Below, one piece after another: positions 35,986 to 47,022 of a stretch of DNA of 64,000 bases. Within the stretch, counting starts at the first letter, position 1. Each line of letters begins with the position of its first letter. The position numbers were made by a program, and so were the translations under genes. The DNA is taken from the NCBI RefSeq assembly GCF_000315625.1, contig NW_005434651.1:145115-209114 (forward strand), given 5' to 3'. Below the pieces are notes generated by a model that was given only the letters and a program-made list of their open reading frames with translations, was not told the origin of the DNA and ran no database searches. Origin of the DNA: Guillardia theta CCMP2712 (lineage: Eukaryota > Protista > Cryptophyta).

Positions 35986-36890
35986 TTGTGGACCAATTGC
36001 AATGAAAACTCTAAGTCACTTCACATTCACCCTAAATGGAGCCTAGAGAGCAAGAGTGCAATTCAGACAGGGGCAAGAAACACAAAGTTTACCGTAGCAT
36101 GGCCCACCTGGTTCTCAACAGCAAGCACTTCTCCAAAACAACCATCATCCGCTCGCTCTTCCCGTCTCATCGCATCCGAGTCCATTTCGGAGTCGCAACG
36201 TGAATTTGAGCTGGGAGTGGACTTGGATCCGGTCCTTTTCTCCGTGAAAATCGCGAAAATGTGGGGGTAGGGTCATGAACCGTACCCGGAGCGCAAGGTT
36301 CTTCCGTCCGGCACTCTTCAGTACGGTCACTAATAACTCTCAGTCAGCGGGTCCCGGCCGGCCCTCACGGTGTCCGATGGCTGCCGCAGTGGCAGGGCTT
36401 TTCGCCGGTTCTCGAAGGTGTGAATGTACCGTACTGTTTCAAGACAAGCTTGTTAGTCAGTAGACCGATTTGATCATCTTGAAAGCCTCACTGCGTAAGG
36501 CACAGTCAGGGCGTGGCCGCGGGAAGGATAGTGTGCGAAGTGCGGCCCTACCTGCCCTGGGCCCTGCCCTGGGCCGGCAGTGTCACGGGCCGGCCGGGCA
36601 CTGTGGCAGGTCAGCCGGCCGCTGAGGTGGACCCCTGGGTGGACCCGGGCTGTGAGAAAGAGGGGATGAGGGGGCACGGGATGAGGCCGGAGCAGGGGAC
36701 AAGAGCCCATGAGAGATGGCGAAGGCAAGGGAGAGGCGAAGCAGGGAAGGCATGGAGAGAGGAAGGGGGAGAGCGCAGGAGAGCAGAGCAGAGCAGAGCC
36801 ACGAGACAAGAAGGAGAAGCAGAGCAGGAGAGAGGGTGCGATGTTGAGATCTGACCCTTTACAAGGCCTCTCGATGAAGTGACCCGGAAC

Positions 36891-39378
36891 ATGGAAGACT
36901 CACCCCCTTCGCAGCAGCAGCGAGGTAGGAGGGAGGGATCAGAGCAGCGAGACTCGTTCTGATGCCCTCAGTAGATGCTATCCCTGTTGAGTCGTTCGAG
37001 AGGGAGAAACTGAGCTCCGTCGCCAACGTCGTCGGCCTTCAGATCAAGTAGAAGGGTGGTCCCGCTCAGTTCTGCCTCCTCACCGACCCTTGCAGGCCAC
37101 AAGACATCTCCTCTGCTCTCAAGGTCCTCAAGAACTTCTTGCTCAATCAAGCCCGGCAGCCCAACGTTGTCGATGCAACAAGTCGCATGCCCAGCCACCT
37201 CTTGCCGGCTGTGACTGTCAGCATTGGCAGATGGCGAGGCCAACCGGAGTAAGATCCTCCTCCTCAGCCCTGAGCACGTCAAGAGCTCGGTCCTCGAAGA
37301 GCTGCCAGACGCCTGCAGGGGATTCGTGAAAGAGAAGGATGGTGATGGAGAGGAGGCGCGGACACCTGGTGGGCATTGAGGAGACTTACAGGCAAGCTAG
37401 TCCACTACACCCTCCAACACTCCTACTCCCACTTCACCTACGATGAGGTCAGGATCAGAGCGTCTTCTGCTCAACCTCTCTGTCCTCAACTCTGAGCAGG
37501 CGCTGAAGAAGCTGCTTCCTCAAGACGTGGAAGTTCCCTCCTCCTTCGAGACCATAGGGCATGTCGCTCACCTGAACCTCCGGGAGAACCAGGAGGCGTA
37601 TCGCCTGATCATTGCGCAAGTGAGCCCGTGACTATGGAGGAGGAGGAGGAGGAGGAGGAGGAGGAGGAGGAGGAGGAGTTGCTGTTGTGTATGGAATGAC
37701 AATGGTGTATGATCACAGGTTATGGTCGACAAGTACTCAGCGATCAAGACGGTTGTCAACAAGTTAGGTCAGGATAAGAAGATACTCCTGCTGCGCTCTT
37801 ACATTCCCTTGCAGGAAACATCACCAACGAGTTTCGAGTCTTTCAGATGGAGGTATTTCGTTCTCCTGCGCGGGAGCTATCCTCAAGGGGAGCTCGGGGA
37901 GCAGGTACTTGCAGACAAGATCACCAACCAGAGTGTTCCAAGACTCGTCAAGGAGGGCGACGCAGCGTTGGTAGGAGATGTCTCTTGTGGTCAAACTTGT
38001 GATCGAGACCCCAAGGAGACTTGTGTGAAGCAGAGTGGTTGTATCTTCAAGATGAACTTCGGGGAGGTACGCGCACGCCTGGCGAGAGAGAGAGAGGAGT
38101 GAGAGGAGCTGCAGGTGTACTGGAACTCGCGGCTGGATGGTGAGCACAAGCGGCTCGTAGCCTCCTTCTCTTCGGACGATGAGGTTGAATGACCGTAAAT
38201 GACGGAGGGGAGGGGAAGGGAAGGGATTGCAGAGGATAGACGAGAAGCGTTAGGAAAGGAGAGAGGACGAGGACAAGGACGAGGTCGAGGTCGAAGGAGG
38301 CTGATTGATGATCAGGTTTGGGACATGTTTGCAGGAATCGGCCCCTTTTCCGTTCCAGGTTTCTCTGCTCCTCCTCCTCTCCTCTCTAACTTTCAACTCG
38401 CAGCCGCCAAGCACCACAGCTGCCAAGTGTATGCAAACGATCTGAACCCAAGGTCAAAGTTCTACCTTGAGGAGAACTGCAGGTCATTGAAGCACCTCCC
38501 CTCCTCTCCCCTTCCCTTCCCTTCTCTTTCCTTTCCTTGCCTCCCCTCCCCTCACTCCCCTCACTCCCCCCCCTCTCACCTCCCTTTCTCCTCCTCACTT
38601 CTCGCAGGCTGAACAAAGTCGACGCGCTGGTCCACACCTCCTGCATGTGCGCCAGGGCCTTTCTGGCCTCCCGGGTCTCTCAGTGCTCAGAGAAGGTGGA
38701 GGAGCTCTAGCAGGGCCCGCGCTGACCGGCCTCAGCAGGCGCCGAGAGGCAAGGGGAAGCTTCACTGCATCATGAACCTGCCCGCCTCTGCTCCTGTGAA
38801 GTGCCGGGAGGTAGGAAGCAGCTCTAACGGCCTGCTCTCTGTCAGGAGTTCATGGATGCCTTCAGAGAAAAGTTCGACCCGGCAATCTGGAAGCCCGAGG
38901 ACCTGCCCCTGGTGAGGAGACGTCGACTAGATCGCCCTTGACGCTCTGCCCACCAGGTCCACCTCTACGCTTTCCACAAGAGCGACGATGCCGCGATCTG
39001 CGAGCAGGAGATAATGAGGTGGATCCGCTGCAGCTTCTACTTCTCCTCCTTCTCCTTCTCCTTCTCCTTCTCCTCCTCCTCCTCCACCACCACCACCACC
39101 ACCACCATGAACTCCTCATCATCATCATCATTTTCATCCTCTCACGCTGCTTCAGGCGCGCCGAGAGCTCCTTGGGTTGCCGGATCCCCAACGTGGAGGC
39201 CCACACGGCATGATCCTCTCCTGTGCTGCCGATGCCTCGTGCTGACGGAGTCGAGCAGGTCAGGGACGTGGCTCCCAAGAAGCTCATGCTATGCTGCTCC
39301 TTCCGCCTCCCAGCAGAAGCAGCGTACATGAGAGAGGAGGGGGAGAGAGACCACAAGAGAGCCAAGGTAGAAGGATGA
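36891..39378 (+). CDS. TRM5: tRNA (guanine(37)-N1)-methyltransferase, heavily spliced
   Basis: EVPSSFETIGHVAHLNLR, IKTVVNK, VYWNSRLDGEHKRL, VWDMFAGIGPF, VYANDLNPRS, IMNLP, VRDVAPKKLMLCCSFRL. Start approximate. Confidence 0.92.
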
Positions 39379-39988
39379 GCCATGAGCGGCGAAGACTAGT
39401 GATGGCTCAAGGAAAAGCAAAGAGCAAACAATTGAAATCTCCACCACTTCCCAACCGCCCACCTTGCCCTCCACTCCATACTTCCTCCTGCATGTCCTCT
39501 GAGGACAATTTCCTTCTCAAGGCTGGACTAAACCTCTGCTTCTGGTCGTTTCCGAGACAAAATTGGTGTGACATGTCCGCATTCTGGTTTGGGAAAACCC
39601 ATAAAAAAGCAATGGCCGAGATAGGACAAGACATGATGCAGGTTTGTTAGATTGCCTCCAGCAATCTCTCCCCGTCGCCGCTCGTTCAAGAGTCTGCACG
39701 ATGATGTCAAGGGCCTTGTACCTGAGTTCTTCCTTCCAGATTTCGACACGTTCGTGCCATATGAACATACAGTCCGGACACAAAACGACTGGTATCGTTT
39801 CACGTACGACAGAGGTGCAAGGATCGGCTCTGAAAATCAGAAATTTCGTTCAGGAAGGAATGAAACACACTCCCAAACCCATTTCTTCGTGTGATTCTAT
39901 TTACAAAGCAAAAAGACGAAAATTCAACATGCTGGAGGAGGAGAAGCAAATATTTACAGTCCGCTTGCAGACTTCCACACCTGAGAGC

Positions 39989-41278
39989 TCAACGGCGTGT
40001 AGCGCTGTTGCAACTCAATTCCGCGGTGTACAAGATGTCATCTATCCCAGAAACTTTGGAGAAGTACTGCACAACATCGGCAAACTTGTGTTGACTCCCA
40101 TCCCAAAACTCACTCCATATCGTGATCCCTTCCTGATTCACAAGAATGCTCTCAGAGTTGCTGCACCGAACACCCTCACCATCCCTTCGCAGGCTGAACT
40201 TGCTCAAATGTATCTCCATGCTCTGCGTGTTCCTGTGCTGGTAGAGTCTGTTCCATGCCTCTTTCCTGAACCAGACATCGTCCTTGTTCCCATCCACAGA
40301 GCTCTGTTCGTGTTTCTGCCACATGCTCTGGAAGTTGCCCATGTAACTTGGCAGCTTCAACCGGACATGCTTCGACATGACTAGGACCCCCTCGTCGTTC
40401 ACGATGAAGGAAAGGTGCAGCTGAAACATCCGCAGGGCCAGCCGTGAGAGTTGCATCCCGAACTTGGACGACATCTCCTGCACAGTCGCGCGGGTCTGCG
40501 GGCAGTGGAGGAGGGCCCCAATCATTGGAATGAATCCAAAGTGATCTTGATCCAGCCTCTCGATCTTGGCGTCGAGGTCCCAAGGCAGAGTGCTCGACCT
40601 GATCTCGTCAAAGGCGTAGATGCCACTGAGCTCCTGCAGAGCCGCAGCACTCAGAGGGGAGGGATTGCTGCACGGCATGGCGTCCAACGACATGTGAAAA
40701 ATGGCGACACCGGAATCGTCGACTGCCATGGGGACAAGCGTGCAACGTCTGCAGTCAAACCTTTCACTGTCGAAAGTCCTGATGTACACCTCGTAGGAGG
40801 TGTTCAACAGGGAAGACGCCCCCTCTACGCCCTGCAACGACGACAGACACCGTAGCTTCAGCGCGTCCCTTGGGTGCACGAAGTCTATGAACCGCCTGCC
40901 CTCAAGCTGCTTGAAAGGGTTCTCCCTCAGAAGCTCCTTCAACCCCGCGCTCGCAGCGGTCACCCTCCAGTCAGAGAGCGACACGGACAAGAAGAGGAAC
41001 GTCCGACTGGACAGCATCCCACTCCGTATTAGCTCGTCCGCTATACGCCGGGTGTCCGCACTTCCTGGCTCCGGAGCATCGCAGGGCTCCTGCTTCAGCG
41101 ATCGCACGTACTTGACCAGGTCCCCCATCAGTTGCTCGACTGTCCTCCCTGATGCGAGCGACGATCTCAGCTGGTTCAGTCCGGAGGAGATAGGCACTCT
41201 TGCGTCCAGCGCGTCTATGAGGAGCCGCCGTCTCCCGCGCTGAGCTGCCTTCTGAATCGTCTTCTTGGCAGTTAACAT
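39989..41278 (-). CDS. bHLH-like + PAS-like putative transcription factor (uninterrupted ORF)
   Basis: Basic-HLH-like KKTIQKAAQRGRRRLLIDALDARVP..RTVEQLMGDLVKYVRSLK. PAS-like VTAASAGLKELL..LEGRRFIDFVHPRDA. Confidence 0.65.
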   Translation of the reverse strand: MLTAKKTIQKAAQRGRRRLLIDALDARVPISSGLNQLRSSLASGRTVEQLMGDLVKYVRSLKQEPCDAPEPGSADTRRIADELIRSGMLSSRTFLFLSVSLSDWRVTAASAGLKELLRENPFKQLEGRRFIDFVHPRDALKLRCLSSLQGVEGASSLLNTSYEVYIRTFDSERFDCRRCTLVPMAVDDSGVAIFHMSLDAMPCSNPSPLSAAALQELSGIYAFDEIRSSTLPWDLDAKIERLDQDHFGFIPMIGALLHCPQTRATVQEMSSKFGMQLSRLALRMFQLHLSFIVNDEGVLVMSKHVRLKLPSYMGNFQSMWQKHEQSSVDGNKDDVWFRKEAWNRLYQHRNTQSMEIHLSKFSLRRDGEGVRCSNSESILVNQEGITIWSEFWDGSQHKFADVVQYFSKVSGIDDILYTAELSCNSATRR

Positions 41279-44200
41279 CTTGCAACGCGGACTTTCAAGG
41301 TGATCGGCGAGCAAATCGATGTTGCTCTTCCAGATTAAAGTCGAAATTTTGCGTTGTTGCTATGATGTGGCAGAACTGGGGGCAAGGTCCCTCACCTAGT
41401 GCACACTGTGAGATCTTGTCTGATCTTCAACATGAACATCCTTGGAACAGAGGAGAAGAAACAAGGATGAACAGATATTGACAACCTTGTTCAAACAAAC
41501 AGGTGGTTACAGAGACAAGAGGGGAATGGATTTGGAAGATCGTGGAGTAAGGTGCAAGAACAAATCTTCTGGCTCAACTTGGTAAGACTACAAGTCACTG
41601 ATGATGTCCTCGGCTGAGACTTGTCCTCTACACACAGATCAGCATCGTCTATCGACCATTCCAACATCTTTGTACCCTACCATCACAAATCGCGACCCCT
41701 ACAGTCAGTCCCAGCATTCCTAGGATTATCACCGCTCTCCGCTCTCTGTCTCCATCCCTGCTTGGCGACCCCTCTGGCGACCCCACCCTCGACGCATTAC
41801 CCCTCTCAATAGTTGTACCCCTATCTTCACATCCAACTGAACAAGAACCCCACCCCTGCTTGTTTTTACCCATATCAGGTAATAATAGAAAATGCTGGCT
41901 GTTTTCACTTCCCCACCCCTTGTTTTGACTACCCTACCCCTCCAAGGATCAACTCAGACCAGTTCCCTTGTTGCCACCCTACCCCATTCAAAGGGCATAT
42001 CCGTCATCGGCTAAATGACCCCCGACCTCATAGTTTACACCCCTGTTTACCTCTAATTCCCTACCCCGGTCATGATTTCAAGGCCTCACCCCTGCACCCC
42101 TGTCCTTGCCATACACAAAATGCACACCACCCGTCATACCACCCACCCCACAAGATACTTGCTTCTCCACCCTGCGCCAACTTTGCTGTTCCGACGATGT
42201 GCTAACGACCGACAAAATGATTTCGAATCTGACAAGAAAGTTTTGAAATCCAAGAACAAAATTTCCAATTTCCAATAAAAATGTTGGTCAAGGACCCATG
42301 TAAACCCAAAGGGGCCGTGTTGTAAAGAGGTCATATCGGAGATCTCGGCGAAACTAGATCTTTTCGCATCAAAAATGCGAATCGATGTGTTCACAAAGCA
42401 ACCTTGGCACGAGTCCCTGCATGTTGTCCGACCCTAGTGTCACGAGGGACTGAGTTACACATGGGTCATCGTCCCTTCTATGTACAACGTATCGTGAAGC
42501 GGTGTATCTGTGAAAGGGGTAGAGAACTCCAGAAGCCTCACGTGTTTGCCCGTCCAGAAGAGGCAAAAATTAGTTTTTGCCAAATCTAGGCGACACATCA
42601 GACTGAGATCGAAAGGGGGTCCTTTTAAACCAGAGGAGGGGGGTGAGATCCGAAGGTTGCAGAGAAGGCGTATGATTGAGACCCAACCCTTCCGTGCCAG
42701 GTCACGAGGTAACCACGAAACCAAAATTGGAAACTCGAATTCGTTTCGAAAAATATTTATCGAATATTCAAATTTGGGAAACCTGACTTTGGATATAGTT
42801 TGATCTTGAGATTGTCCTGTGAATTGCCATTCGAAGACAAGACCCTAAAAGTACCTTTTTTCAAGCTACTGATGGGAGGGGCTCTACGTATTCCTATCAC
42901 CGAAGGGTATATCACACTAGGACACCAGGGCTTAGCGGATTTAGAGCCCAGGGAGATATTGTTCTTTTTTTTCCACTTTTTTTTTTAAACAACCAGGTGC
43001 GCTTGCGAAGCTCACGACGAGGATGGAGAAAGAGCGAGAGCGATATGCGGTACGAGGCAAGCACAAGGACAGCAAGAGAAGAGCCGCGTTGAGGTGTAGA
43101 AGTTAAGAGAACAAGAAACGATCATCTCGCTGCCAACACCCAAAACGGGAGATCTCCGTGACATGGCGCGAAGGCATTGATCGAGGTGAGCACAACACAA
43201 ATGGCCACTCCAAGCATGGCAACGAGTCACATATTGAAGTGAGTTCAAAAAGCTGCGAAGGTAGAACAGGTGAGAGGGGAGCTGATTTTGCTCTACACAG
43301 ACGTATGGGGAACAGATGAGCAAGTTGCCTGGCAGATCCCATCGGTACCTGCTTTTGGTCACTGATGGAAGTTCACACAACGATTAGAGATGAAATATGA
43401 TGATAGCAAAGACGAGAATAAAATATTCAGACAAGAGGAAGAGAAGGTCGTATCAGAGAGGGCTACGTGGACTCGATGAAGAGAGCCAGTAGACGAAAAT
43501 ACGGGTTGGGGCTACCGGGGCACGTGGATTGCGAGAACGTGCGACCGGGGTTTTAGAATGGAAAAACAACTTCAAGATCGAGAATGTTGAGGGAGGCATC
43601 TTGAAACTTATGCTATCATGCTGCAGAGCAGCAGTGCAAGTGGGATAGATTCAAATAGCCGCAGGTTATTGGCACACAAGACGAGAGACACTTGAAATGC
43701 GGTACAAGGCAACCTCAGTGATACAGGGTGAGGTTGAGCGTGGAGTGAAACACGATTGAGTTCCTAGATTTCAGTAAATCCTGATATTTCATCGCTCGGG
43801 TGCCGCATCACAATCACAGTCCTCGGACTTGATATTGCAACAACCGCGTAGAGCAAGAAATTCATGATAGCCAACAAAAGACGCTTCCTGCAGGCAAGAA
43901 TAATCGGGTTGAGATAAAGTAGAAGCCCTCGGGGAAATGCCTTGTTGTTTACGGATCATTCTTCTCTTCCTCTAGGCAACGCAGCACGTCAAGTAACTGT
44001 ATAAGCGTTTCACTATCAGCCGTCTGCAGCAGCTGCTCTTGATGTCGTGTGGTGGGGAGGGAGTGGAGGAGGCACGACCTTGAGTTTCGAGCATGGCGAT
44101 GATGGGCGGTCTTGTAGGTCGACGAGTCGAGCATGGCGATCAAGCGACAAGCTTTGACATGCTGGGATTAGCTTCGGTTTCAAGGGTAAAATATGAAATA

Positions 44201-44983
44201 TTGAATGAAAATACTATAGTAAATATGAATATTTGAAATGGATTTTGAAATAACTTCAAAACGGCTCCCGGAATCGCAAGTTTGCGGCATGGAGGCGCTG
44301 CGATGGGCGGAGGTGCTGGCATTTCATGCAGGAAGAATGCGACTTCTGATCGGTGAGCTAGCGCGATCACCATGAGCTACCATGTCGAACATTGTTGCAT
44401 CCATCGCAGGCAACACCTTCATCTCCATCTCGTCCTCCACCTCGTCATTTCATCATCATCATACATTCCGAGGAAGTATGTTGCAGTAGTCATCGCAATC
44501 ATCTCCATCATGTTGCCCATTCATGTCCATCACAATCTTAATCATGACAGTCACCTTCAAGATTGTCGTTGTTGTTGTCGTCCTTGCCTACAATATCACT
44601 GTATATTCTGAAATATGCTCACCTGAAACATCACCATAATTATGCATACCATCACCGTCTTCCTCGTCACCACCACGACTATCGACTTCGTCGTCATCGC
44701 GTCTTTGTCATCTCCTGACTTGCAACAGTACCTAGCTTTCATTAACAACACCTTGTCTTCACTTAGTACACATCATTCTTAATACTACAGAAAATCTTGC
44801 ACCGACGGCAAGGAATGCAGCAAACCAAATTCTGTTTCCTTGACTTTCCTTTGCCTTTGTTGCTGTTTCCCACCTTGAAATATAAATTTCTGATTGTTGC
44901 TCAAGGTTTTGGAGCGCTAATGTACTCGAGATCTTTTCCCTATACCATCATGTTCTGTCAGGTGAAATCTTAGAGAACGACAT

Positions 44984-45993
44984 ATGAAGTTGGTAAACAA
45001 GCTCAAAGGCATTTGGCTCTACCGGACTTCCTGTCATGAAAGAAGGGTTTGCCAAACTGATAGAGGAGTGAGGATACTTGATTGTTGTGCTCGTCGTCTC
45101 CGTGACATAACAGCTCAGGTACAAGGAAGCGAGGGAGGACGTTTCGAGGAATGTGTCGACGGAGAAAGACGCCCTGAGCATGATTGCTGAGTATCATCAA
45201 GAAATTCAGAGGCTTCTGATGGAGCACGAGGCTGCCAGGACCTCGGGCAACTCTTCTCGCATGAACGACATCCAGGGGAAGATAGACGGACTTGAGCACA
45301 AGTACAAACTTGCAAAGGTAATGTGTGGAGGATCCTGCGGTCTCAAAAGGAAGAAGAAAGAGAGATGATGCTTGTAGATGTGAAGGAGAGTGTGCTGATT
45401 GTGGAGAAAGGAGATACCATGACATCATGACGTTGATGCCGTTGACTCTTCAAACTTGCTTCAGGCATCTCTCAGCACAGTAGAAGCTATCTTGCACACG
45501 ATTGATCCATACAAAGTTTGTCACATCCTGGGTGGCATGTGGATTGGAATCTCCGGATGCATCGCGGCAGCCGTTTCCCCCTCAGCTCGCAGCCTCAACG
45601 TCGGCCTTAGCCTCGGCGAGAGACTCTCCGCCCTTCTCCGCAGTCTGCTCGCTGCCCGAGCGCAAAGGAGGATAGAGAGCTCGCAGAGGGGAGGAGGAGC
45701 GAGGAGCGAGGAGGAAGAGCGGAGGAGCAGATGGGCAGAGTTCTCGCTAGACTCCTGCTGCAGGGGGTTGGGAGTGGTGGCAGCCTTCTACATGCAGAGG
45801 GTTGTGAACGCGTTCCAGGGGTCGATTATGCTCGCTGCTGTGCTCAACTGACTGCTCTTTTGCTCCAGCTCGTTGATAGGTGGATCCATCGTCGTGGAGG
45901 AGCTCGCAAAGGTGAGATGACTGGCCAAGAGCAGCAGGGGCAGGGGCAGGGGCAGGAGAAGCAACAGGGGCAGGGGCAGGAGCAGGAGCAGGG

Positions 45994-46038
<45 letters not shown>

Positions 46039-46732
46039 AGAGAGTGAACGATCATGTTTGAAAGGTGGCGGATGAACGAGGGTCGCAGCTGTCGGAGCAT
46101 CAGATAAGTGAGGGCCGTTGCGGACCTGGCGGGTTCTGACTTCAACTCAGACACGGGCAAGATGGCACTTGCTGTCGCCGTCTTTGCATGGCAGTATCGA
46201 TCCCCAGGAGCCGGACAGGTCTCACAACCTCCTCCTCCTTCTCCATCCTCCTCCTTCTCCATCCTCCTCCTTCTCCATCCTCCTTTGTTCCCGTCCATCT
46301 CTCTGTCTCCTCCTCTTCTCCCCCCTTCCATCTCACTCTCACTCACTCTCCTCTTTCCAGCTCTGCCCCCTTCCTTCTCTTCCCCTCTCTTCCCCTCCCT
46401 TCCTTCTCTTCCCCTCTCTTCCCCTCCCTTCCTTCTCTTCCCCTCTCTTCCCCTCTCCCCCCTCTTCTTCCTGCTTTCAAACTTCTCCCTCATGACTGAG
46501 AGCGCGCGGACTCCGCAGGTCCCTGCCATCTTCTTCCCCATCGCCTTTCCAGCTTTCGTGCTCGAGAAAATTTTGTCTGCCTTTGCGAGGTGAGGAGGGG
46601 CAGGAGGGGAGGGGAGGCAGGGAGGGAGGAAGAGATCTGTAGCAGAGGAAAGCAAAGAGATTAGGACATGCGCCTCCGCCGCCGCAGCAGCAGCAGAAGC
46701 AGAAGCAGAAGCAGCAGCAGAAGCAGAAGCAG

Positions 46733-46776
<44 letters not shown>

Positions 46777-46850
46777 TGGCTTCGATCGCGTGTTTGACAT
46801 TTTTGTGTTGTTGTTGCAGTCAGCAGATGTGGACTAGCATCTTGAAATGA
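44984..46850 (+). CDS. Spliced hypothetical membrane protein (short coiled coil plus several TM helices)
   Basis: Exons IAEYHQEIQRLL..IDGLEHKYKLAK; ILGGMWIGISGCIAAAV; GLGVVAAFYM; ALAVAVFAWQY; IFFPIAFPAFVLEKIL. Confidence 0.5.
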
Positions 46851-47022
46851 TGGTCCATCATCATCGTCATTGTCAATGCCAGCAAGGCTTATCCACCCCC
46901 TCCCTCTCCTTTTTTACCACCAAAACATTCCAAACTTCAATGAAAACGATCAACCTGACATGTTAAACTTTTATTTCATTTCTCATCTGTTCATCATCGT
47001 CAACATTCCATGGCAACTTCCG

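Noticed and set aside
28100-36650. Terminal inverted repeats of a transposon carrying the ROCO gene
   Set aside because: Both flanks are GC-rich, but I could not find matching inverted or direct termini, TSDs or a transposase.
39402-39900. Small gene between TRM5 and the bHLH-PAS-like gene
   Set aside because: Competing short ORFs on both strands, with no motif or clear splice structure.
42200-44400. Possible TE remnant or small minus-strand gene
   Set aside because: Only short ORFs with no recognisable RT, integrase or transposase motifs; a call cannot be supported.
46668-46800. Poly-Cys / poly-Ser ORFs (metallothionein-like appearance)
   Set aside because: Translation of an intronic (GCA)n/(GCAGAA)n microsatellite.
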